NCBI GenBank assembly: GCA_964016885.1
Contig: OZ024740.1
Span: 251,286,001-251,350,000 of the forward strand
DNA from: Eledone cirrhosa
Taxonomy: Eukaryota
Direction: 5' to 3'
Length of the DNA stretch: 64,000 nucleotides
Shown in pieces: positions 54,087-64,000 of the stretch. Below the pieces are notes generated by a model. That model had not been told where the DNA came from. It saw nothing but the letters and a program-made list of their open reading frames with translations, and ran no database searches. Within the stretch, counting starts at the first letter, position 1; every line of letters starts with the position of its first letter. A program made the position numbers and the translations under genes.

Positions 54087-57000
54087 CCCTGATTTTTTTT
54101 ACAAATTATCTCCCCCTGATTTTTTTTACAAATTATCTCCCCTTGATTTTTTTTTACAAATTATCTCCCCCTGATTTTTTTTTTACAAATTATCTCCCCC
54201 TGATTTTTTTAAAAATTATCTTCCCTTGGCTGGCGGGAAATTATCTCCCCTTGGACGGCTGGAAATTATCTCCCCTTGGAAGGATGTAAATTATCTCCCC
54301 TTGGACGGCTGGAAATTATCTCCCCTTGCACGGCTGGAAATTATCTCCCCTTGATTTTTTTTACAAATTATCTCCCCCTGATTTTTTTTTACAAATTATC
54401 TCCCCCTGATTTTTTTTTACAAATTATCTCCCCCTGATTTTTTTTACAAATTATCTCCCCCTGATTTAAAAAAAAAAAATTATCTCCTCTTCGCTGGCTG
54501 GAAATTATCTCCCCTTGGACGCTGGAAATTATAGCCCCTTGGAGGGCTGGAAATTATCTTCCCTTGGACGGCTGGAAATTATCTTCCCTTGGACGGCTGG
54601 AAATTATCTCCCCTTGATTTTTTTTACAAATTATCTCCCCCTGATTTTTTTTTACAAATTATCTCCCCCTGATTTTTTTTTACAAATTATCTCCCCCTGA
54701 TTTTTTTTTTACAAATTATCTCCGCTTGATTTTTAAAAAAAAATTATCTCCCCTTGGACGGCTGGAAATTATCTCCCCTTGGACGGCTGGAAATTATCTC
54801 CCCTTGGACGGCTAGAAATTATCTCTCCTTGGACGGCTGAAAATTATCTCCCCCTTGGACGGCTGCAAATTATCTCCCCTTGATTTTTTTTACAAATTAT
54901 CTCCCCCTGATTTTTTTTTACAAATTATCTCCCCCTCATTTTTTTTACAAATTATCTACCCCTGATTTTTTTTACAAATTATCTCCCCCTGATTTTTTTT
55001 TACAAATTATCTCCCTCTGATTTTTTTTTACAAATTATCTCCCCCTGATTTTTTTTTTACAAATTATCTCCCCCTGATTTTTTTAAAAATTATCTCCCCC
55101 TGATTTTTTTACAATCTCCGCCTGATTTTTTTAAAAATTATCTTCCCTTGGCTGGCGGGAAATTATCTCCCCTTGGACGGCTGGAAATTATCTCCCCTTG
55201 GAAGGATGGAAATTATCTCCCCTTGGACGGCTGGAAATTATCTCCCCTTGCACGGCTGGAAATTATCTCCCCTTGGCTGGAAATTATCTCCCCTTGGACG
55301 GCTAGAAATTATCTCTCTTTGGACGGCTGGAAATTATGTCCCTTTGATTTTTTTTACAAATTATCTACCTCTGATATTTTTTACAAATCTCCCCCTGATT
55401 TTTTAAAAAAAATTATCTCCCCTTCGCTGGCTGGAAATTATCTCCCCTTGGACACTGGAAATTATAGCCCCTTGGAGGGCTGGAAATTATCTTCCCTTGG
55501 ACGGCTGGAAATTATCTCCCCTTGATTTTTTTTACAAATTATCTCCGCCTGATTTTTTTTAAAAATTATCTCTCCTTGGACGGCTGGAAATTATCTCCCC
55601 TTGATTTTTTTTACAAATTATCTCCCCCTGATTTTTTTTTACAAATTATCTCCCCCTAATTTTTTTTTACAAATTATCTACCCCTGATTTTTTTTACAAA
55701 TTATCTCCCCCTGATTTTTTTTACAAATTATCTCCCCCTGATTTTTCTTTTACAAATTATCTCCCCCTGATTTTTTTACAAATTATCTCCCCCTGATTTT
55801 TTTTACAAATTATCTCCGCCTGATTTTTTTAAATATTATCTTCCCTTGGCTGGCGGGAAATTATCTCCCCTTGGACGGCTGGAAATTATCTGCCCTTGAT
55901 TTTGTTTTTACAAATTATCTTCCACTGATTTTTTTTACAAATTATCTCCACCTGATTTTTTAAAAAAATTATCTCCCCTTGGAAGGCTGGAAATTATCTC
56001 CCCTTGGACGGCTAGAAATTATCTCTCTTTGGACGGCTGGAAATTATCTCCCCTTGATTTTTTTTACAAATTATCTCCCCCTGATTTTTTTTACAAATAT
56101 CCCAGTGATTTTTTTTAAAAAATTATCTCCCCTTCGCTGGCTGGAAATTATCTCCCCTTGGACGCTGGAAATTATAGCCCCTTGGAGGGCTGGAAATTAT
56201 CTTCCCTTGGACGGCTGGAAATTATCTCCCCTTGATTTTTTTTACAAATTATCTCCCCCTGATTTTTTTTTTCAAATTATCTCCCCCTGATTTTTTTTTA
56301 CAAATTATCTCCCCCTGATTTTTTTTTACAACTTATCTCCGCCTGATTTTTTTTAAAAAATCATCTCCCCTTGGACGGCTGGAAATTATCTCCCCTTGGA
56401 CGGCTGGAAATTATCTCTCCTTGGACGGCTAGAAATTACCTCTCCTTGGACAATTGAAAATTATCTCCCCTTGGACGGCTGGAAATTATCTCCCCTTGAT
56501 TTTTTTTACAAATTATCTCCCCCTGATTTTTTTTACAAATTATCTCCCCTGATTTTTTTTTACAAATTATCTCCCCCTGATTTTTTTTTACAAATTATCT
56601 CCCCCTGATTTTTTTTACAAATTATCTCCCCCTGATTTTTTTACAAATTATCTCCCCTTGGCTGGCTGGAAATTATCTCCCCTTGGAGGCAGGAATTTAT
56701 CTCCCCTTGGACGGGTAGAAATTACCTCTCCTTGGACGGCTGGAAAATATGTCTCCTTGGACGGCTGGAAATTATCTCCCCTTGGACGGCTGGAAATTAT
56801 CTCCCCTTGGACGGCTGGAAATTATCTCCCCTTGGACGGCTAGAAATTACTTCTCCTTGGACGGCTGAAAATTATCTCCCCTTGGACGGCTGGAAATTAT
56901 CTCCCCTTGATTTTTTTACAAATTATCTCCCCCTGATTTTTTTTTACAAATTATCTCCCCCTGATTTTTTTTACAAATTATCTCCCCCTGATTTTTTTTA

Positions 57001-60000
57001 CAAATTATCTCCCCCTGATTTTTTTTACAAATTATCTCCGCCTGATTTTTTTAAATATTATCTCTCCTTGGCTGGCGGGAAATTATCTCCCCTTGGACGG
57101 CTGCAAATTATCTCCGCTTGATTTTTTTTACAAATTATCTCCCCCTGATTTTTTTTTAAAAATTATCTCCCCCTGATTTTTTTTACAAATTATCTCCCCT
57201 GATTTTTTTTTACAAATTATCTCCCCCTGATTTTTTTTTACAAATTATCTCCCCCTGATTTTTTTTTTACAAATTATCTCCCCCTGATTTTTTTACAAAT
57301 TATCTCCCCCTGATTTTTTTTACAATCTCCGCTTGATTTTTTTAAAAATTATCTTCCCTTGGCTGGCGGGAAATTATCTCCCCTTGGACGGCTGGAAATT
57401 ATCTCCCCTTGGAAGGATGGAAATTATCTCCCCTTGGACGGCTGGAAATTATCTCCCCTTGCACGGCTGGAAATTATCTCCCCTTGGCTGGAAATTATCT
57501 CCCCTTGGACGGCTAGAAATTATCTCTCTTTGGATGGCTGGAAATTATCTCCCTTTGATTTTTTTACAAATTATCTCCCTCTGATTTTTTTTACAAATCT
57601 CGCCCTGATTTTTTTTTACAAATTATCTCCCCCTGATTTTTTTTACAAACTATCTCCCCCTGATTTTTTTACAAATTATCTCCCCTTGGCTGGCTGGAAA
57701 TTATCTCCCCTTGGAGGCTGGAATTTATCTCCCCTTGGACGGCTAGAAATTACCTCTCCTTGGACGGCTGGAAAATATGTCTCCTTGGACGGCTGGAAAT
57801 TATCTCCCCTTGGACGGCTGGAAATTACCTCTCCTTGGACGGCTGAAAATGATCTCCCCTTGGACGGCTGGAAATTATCTCCCCTTGATTTTTTTACAAA
57901 TTATCTCCCCCTGATTTTTTTTTTACAAATTATCTCCCCCTGATTTTTTTTACAAATTATCTACGCCTGATTTTTTTAAATATTATCTCTCCTTGGCTGG
58001 CGGGAAATTATCTCCCCTTGGACGGCTGGAAATTATCTCCCCTTGGAAGGATGGAAATTATCTCCCCTTGGACGGCTGGAAATTATCTCCCCTTGCACTG
58101 CTGGAAATTATCTCCCCTTGGACGGCTGGAAATTATCTGCCCTTGATTTTGTTTTTACAAATTATCTTCCCCTGATTATTTTTACAAATTATCTCCACCT
58201 GATTTTTAAAAAAATTATCTACCCTTGGACGGCTGGAAATTATCTCCCCTTGGCTGGAAATTATCTCCCCTTGGACGGCTAGAAATTATCTCTCTTTGGA
58301 CGGCTGGAAATTATCTCCCCTTGATTTTTTTTACAAATTATCTCCCCCTGATTTTTTTTACAAATTATCCCCCCATGATTTTTAAAAAAAAAATTATCTC
58401 CCCTTCGCTGGCTGGAAATTATCTCCCCTTGGACGCTGGAAATTATAGCCCCTTGGAGGGCTGGAAATTATCTTCCCTTGGACGGCTGGAAATTATCTCC
58501 CCTTGATTTTTTTTACAAATTATCTCCCCCTGATTTTTTTTTACAAATTATCTCCCCCTGATTTTTTTTTTACAAATTATCTCCGCCTGATTTTTTTAAA
58601 AAAATTATCTCCCCTTGGACGGCTGGAAATTATCTCCCCTTGGACGGCTGGAAATTATCTCCCGTTGGACGGCTAGAAATTACCTCTCCTTGGACGGCTG
58701 AAAATTATCTCCCCTTGGACGGCTGCAAATTATCTCCCCTTGATTTTTTTTACAAATTATCCCCCCATGATTTAAAAAAAAAAAATTATCTCCCCTTCGC
58801 TGGCTGGAAATTATCTCCCCTTGGACGCTGGAAATTATAGCCCCTTGGAGGGCTGGAAATTATCTTCCCTTGGACGGCTGGAAATTATCTCCCCTTGATT
58901 TTTTTTACAAATTATCTCCCTCTGATTTTTTTTTACAAATTATCTACCACTGATTTTTTTTTACAAATTATCTCCCCCTGATTTTTTTTTTACAAATTAT
59001 CTCCGCGTGATTTTTTTAAAAAAATTATCTCCCCTTGGACGGCTGGAAATTATCTCCCCTTGGACGGCTGGAAATTATCTCGCCTTGGACGGCTAGAAAT
59101 TACCTCTCCTTGGACGGCTGAAAATTATCTCCCCTTGGACGGCTGCAAATTATCTCCCCTTGATTTTTTTTACAAATTATCTCCCCCTGATTTTTTTTAC
59201 AAATTATCTCCCCCTGATTTTTTTTACAAATTATCTCCCCCTGATTTTTTTTTACAAATTATCTCCCCCTGATTTTTTTTACAAATTATCTCCCCCTGAT
59301 TTTTTTTACAAATTATCTCCCCCTGATTTTTTTTTACAAATTATCTCCCCCTGATTTTTTTTACAATCTCCGCCTGATTTTTTAAAAAATTATCTTCCCT
59401 TGGCTGGCGGGAAATTATCTCCCCTTGAACGGCTGGAAATTATCTCCCCTTGGACGGCTAGAAATTATCTCTCTTTGGACGGCTGGAAATTATCTCCCCT
59501 TGATTTTTTTTACAAATTATCTCCCCCTGATTTTTTTTACAAATTATCCCCGCATGATTTTTAAAAAAAAAATTATCTCCCCTTCGCTGGCTGGAAATTA
59601 TCTCCCCTTGGACGCTGGAAATTATAGCCCCTTGGAGGGCTGGAAATTATCTTCCCTTGGACGGCTGGAAATTATCTCCCCTTAATTTTTTTTACAAATT
59701 ATCTCCCCCTGATTTTTTTTTACAAATTATCTCCCCCTGATTTTTTTTTACAAATTATCTCCCCCTGATTTTTTTTTTTACAAATTATCTCCGCCTGATT
59801 TTTAAAAAAAAATTATCTCCCCTTGGACGGCTGGAAATTATCTCCCCTTGGACGGCTGGAAATTATCTCCCCTTGGACGGCTAGAAATTACCTCTCCTTG
59901 GACGGCTGAAAATTATCTCCCCTTGGACGGCTGCAAATTATCTCCCCTTGATTTTTTTTACAAATTATCTCCCCCTGATTTTTTTTACAAATTATCTCCC

Positions 60001-63000
60001 CCTGATTTTTTTTACAAATTATCTCCCCCTGATTTTTTTTTACAAATTATCTCCCCCTGATTTTTTTTTACAAATTATCTCCCCCTGATTTTTTTTACAA
60101 ATTATCTCCCCCTGATTTTTTTTACAACTTATCTCCCCCTGATTTTTTTTTACAAATTATCTCCCCTTGATTTTTTTTTACAAATTATCTCCCCCTGATT
60201 TTTTTTTTACAAATTATCTCCCCCTGATTTTTTTACAAATTATCTCCCCCTGATTTTTTTTACAAATTATCTCCCCCTGATTTTTTTTACAAATTATCTC
60301 CCCTTGATTTTTTTTTTACAAATTATCTCCCCTTGATTTTTTTTTACAAATTATCTCCCCCTGATTTTTTTTTTACAAATTATCTCCCCCTGATTTTTTT
60401 TAAAATTATCTTCCCTTGGCTGGCGGGAAATTATCTCCCCTTGGACGGCTGGAAATTATCTCCCCTTGGAAGGATGTAAATTATCTCCCCTTGGACGGCT
60501 GGAAATTATCTCCCCTTGCACGGCTGGAAATTATCTCCCCTTGATTTTTTTTACAAATTATCTCCCCCTGATTTTTTTTTACAAATTATCTCCCCCTGAT
60601 TTTTTTTTACAAATTATCTCCCCCTGATTTTTTTTACAAATTATCTCCCCCTGATTTTAAAAAAAAAATTATCTCCCCTTCGCTGGCTGGAAATTATCTC
60701 CCCTTGGACGCTGGAAATTATAGCCCCTTGGAGGGCTGGAAATTATCTTCCCTTGGACGGCTGGAAATTATCTTCCCTTGGACGGCTGGAAATTATCTCC
60801 CCTTGATTTTTTTTACAAATTATCTCCCCCTGATTTTTTTTTACAAATTATCTCCCTCTGATTTTTTTTTACAAATTATCTCCCCCTGATTTTTTTTTTA
60901 CAAATTATCTCCCCCTGATTTTTTTACAAATTATCTCCCCCTGATTTTTTTTACAATCTCCGCCTGATTTTTTAAAAAATTATCTTCCCTTGGCTGGCGG
61001 GAAATTATCTCCCCTTGGACGGCTGGAAATTATCTCCCCTTGGACGGCTAGAAATTATCTCTCTTTGGACGGCTGGAAATTATCTCCCCTTGATTTTTTT
61101 TACAACTTATCTCCGCCTGATTTTTTTTAAAAAATCATCTCCCCTTGGACGGCTGGAAATTATCTCCCCTTGGACGGCTGGTATTATCTCTCCTTGGACG
61201 GCTAGAAATTACCTCTCCTTGGATAATTGAAAATTATCTCCCCTTGGACGGCTGGAAATTATCTCCCCTTGATTTTTTTTACAAATTATCTCCCACTGAT
61301 TTTTTTTACAAATTATCTCCCCTGATTTTTTTTTACAAATTATCTCCCCCTGATTTTTTTTTACAAATTATCTCCCCCTGATTTTTTTTACAAATTATCT
61401 CCCCCTGATTTTTTTACAAATTATCTCCCCTTGGCTGGCTGGAAATTATCTCCCCTTGGAGGCAGGAATTTATCTCCCCTTGGACGGCTAGAAATTACCT
61501 CTCCTTGGACGGCTGGAAAATATGTCTCCTTGGACGGCTGGAAATTATCTCCCCTTGGACGGCTGGAAATTATCTCCCCTTGGACGGCTGGAAATTATCT
61601 CCCCTTGGACGGCTAGAAATTACCTCTCCTTGGACGGCTGAAAATTATCTCCCCTTGGACGGCTGGAAATTATCTCCCCCTGATTTTTTTTACAAATTAT
61701 CTCCCCCTGATTTTTTTTACAAATTATCTCCGCCTGATTTTTTTAAATATTATCTCTCCTTGGCTGGCGGGAAATTATCTCCCCTTGGACGGCTGCAAAT
61801 TATCTCCGCTTGATTTTTTTTACAAATTATCTTCCCCTGATTTTTTTTTACAAATTATCTCCCCCTGATTTTTTTTACAAATTATCTCCCCTGATTTTTT
61901 TTTACAAATTATCTCCCCCTGATTTTTTTTTACAAATTATCTCCCCCTGATTTTTTTTTACAAATTATCTCCCCCTGATTTTTTTACAAATTATCTCCCC
62001 CTGATTTTTTTTACAATCTCCGCCTGATTTTTTTAAAAATTATCTTCCCTTGGCTGGCGGGAAATTATCTCCCCTTGGACGGCTGGAAATTATCTCCCCT
62101 TGGAAGGATGGAAATTATCTCCCCTTGGACGGCTGGAAATTATCTCCCCTTGCACGGCTGGAAATTATCTCCCCTTGGCTGGAAATTATCTCCCCTTGGA
62201 CGGCTAGAAATTATCTCTCTTTGGATGGCTGGAAATTATCTCCCTTTGATTTTTTTTACAAATTATCTCCCTCTGATTTTTTTTACAAATCTCCCCCTGA
62301 TTTTTTTTTACAAATTATCTCCCCCTGATTTTTTTTACAAACTATCGCCCCTGATTTTTTTACAAATTATCTCCCCTTGGCTGGCTGGAAATTATCTCCC
62401 CTTGGAGGCTGGAATTTATCTCCCCTTGGACGGCTGGAAATTACCTCTCCTTGGACGGCTGAAAATTATCTCCCCTTGGACGGCTGGAAATTATCTCCCC
62501 TTGATTTTTTTACAAATTATCTCCCCCTGATTTTTTTTTTACAAATTATCTCCCCCTGATTTTTTTTACAAATTATCTACGCCTGATTTTTTTAAATATT
62601 ATCTCTCCTTGGCTGGCGGGAAATTATCTCCCCTTGGAAGGATGGAAATTATCTCCCCTTGGACGGCTGGAAATTATCTCCCCTTGCACTGCTGGAAATT
62701 ATCTCCCCTTGGACGGCTGGAAATTATCTGCCCTTGATTTTGTTTTTACAAATTATCTTCCCCTGATTATTTTTACAAATTATCTCCACCTGATTTTTTA
62801 AAAAATTATCTCCCCTTGGACGGCTGGAAATTATCTCCCCTTGGCTGGAAATTATCTCCCCTTGGACGGCTAGAAATTATCTCTCTTTGGACGGCTGGAA
62901 ATTATCTCCCCTTGATTTTTTTTACAAATTATCTCCCCCTGATTTTTTTTACAAATTATCTCCCCATGATTTTTAAAAAAAAAATTATCTCCCCTTCGCT

Positions 63001-64000
63001 GGCTGGAAATTATCTCCCCTTGGACGCTGGAAATTATAGCCCCTTGGAGGGCTGGAAATTATCTTCCCTTGGACGGCTGGAAATTATCTCCCCTTGATTT
63101 TTTTTACAAATTATCTCCCCCTGATTTTTTTTTACAAATTATCTCCCCCTGATTTTTTTTTTACAAATTATCTCCGCCTGATTTTTTTAAAAAAATTATC
63201 TCCCCTTGGACGGCTGGAAATTATCTCCCCTTGGACGGCTGGAAATTATCTCCCCTTGGACGGCTAGAAATTACCTCTCCTTGGACGGCTGAAAATTATC
63301 TCCCCTTGGACGGCTGCAAATTATCTCCCCTTGATTTTTTTTACAAATTATCCCCCCATGATTTTAAAAAAAAAAATTATCTCCCCTTCGCTGGCTGGAA
63401 ATTATCTCCCCTTGGACGCTGGAAATTATAGCCCCTTGGAGGGCTGGAAATTATCTTCCCTTGGACGGCTGGAAATTATCTCCCCTTGATTTTTTTTACA
63501 AATTATCTCCCCCTGATTTTTTTTTACAAATTATCTCCCACTGATTTTTTTTTACAAATTATCTCCTCCTGATTTTTTTTTTACAAATTATCTCCGCCTG
63601 ATTTTTTAAAAAAAATTATCTCCCCTTGGACGGCTGGAAATTATCTCCCCTTGGACGGCTGGAAATTATCTCCCCTTGGACGGCTAGAAATTACCTCTCC
63701 TTGGACGGCTGAAAATTATCTCCCCTTGGACGGCTGCAAATTATCTCCCCTTGATTTTTTTTACAAATTATCTCCCCCTGATTTTTTTTACAAATTATCT
63801 CCCCCTGATTTTTTTTACAAATTATCTCCCCCTGATTTTTTTTTACAAATTATCTCCCCCTGATTTTTTTTTACAAATTATCTCCCCCTGATTTTTTTTA
63901 CAATCTCCGCCTGATTTTTTAAAAAATTATCTTCCCTTGGCTGGCGGGAAATTATCTCCCCTTGGACGGCTGGAAATTATCTCCCCTTGGACGGCTAGAA
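40381..64000 (+). repeat. 12,258-bp higher-order tandem repeat: unit H (40381-52638) followed by diverged unit H' (52639 to beyond the window end)
   Basis: Offset 12258 (40408/52666 to 47590/59848), then 12257 (48447/60704 to 51394/63651). The equivalent offset in copy 1 is 12092 = 12258-166 (19936/32028). Confidence 0.92.

Larger units (their letters stand above)
1..64000. repeat. Composite satellite array of two interleaved monomer types (A 25 bp; B 26-30 bp) sharing the core AAATTATCTCCCCYTG; runs off both window edges
   Basis: The core or a close variant recurs every 21-30 bp from base 11 to the end. I saw no unique sequence and no inverted copy (GGGGAGATAATTT) on the + strand. Confidence 0.99.

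Noticed and set aside
99-63863. All predicted + strand ORFs (60-194 aa; LEIISPWTAGNYLPLDGWKLSPLGR and FFYKLSPPD repeats)
   Set aside because: The 25-bp A monomer has no stop in any + frame, so ORFs arise automatically. They overlap in several frames, the starts I checked are TTG within the repeat, and T-tract length changes shift frame freely. There is no recognisable domain. The minus strand has TAA in nearly every core and no ORFs.
1-64000. CRISPR array (constant repeat plus variable spacer)
   Set aside because: The 'spacers' are only about 5-14 nt and of two recurring types, not unique 25-45-nt sequences. No leader or cas genes are present.
1-64000. Telomeric repeat
   Set aside because: One strand is C-rich, but two monomer types with SNP-bearing cassettes copied in multi-kb blocks indicate recombinational amplification, not telomerase templating. 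A subtelomeric location cannot be excluded.
1-64000. Plasmid iterons, or a rolling-circle/concatemer artefact of one template
   Set aside because: No rep gene is present and the array is far too long for iterons. Nested periods with hierarchically shared variants do not fit one circular template. Only the 20.5-kb duplication remains a possible assembly artefact.

Overview
The whole 64 kb window is one uninterrupted, single-orientation tandem repeat (satellite) of roughly 2,400 short monomers (estimate: 64,000/~26 bp). I see no unique sequence, credible gene, RNA gene, transposase or CRISPR array. Two monomer types share a 16-bp core, AAATTATCTCCCC(T/C)TG. Type A is a 25-bp, 52% GC unit (AAATTATCTCCCCTTGGACGGCTGG). 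Type B is a 26-30-bp, ~30% GC unit (AAATTATCTCCCCCTGA-T7-11-AC). They alternate in runs of about 1-9 A and 1-17 B monomers. The runs form a small set of recurring variant cassettes, nested in higher-order duplications of about 0.14, 0.4, 3.4, 3.9, 4.4-4.6, 5.8, 12.26 and 20.5 kb whose breakpoints fall in register within monomers. All predicted ORFs are artefacts of the stop-free 25-bp monomer. The most notable signals are the constant-core/two-tail architecture with an AGATAA (GATA) motif about every 26 bp, TnAm junctions whose T/A boundary slides at constant total length, a hairpin-perfecting variant, heritable T-tract length patterns, and a reconstructable duplication history. The organism cannot be determined; a eukaryotic satellite is inferred. 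I found no evidence for a novel protein-coding system.
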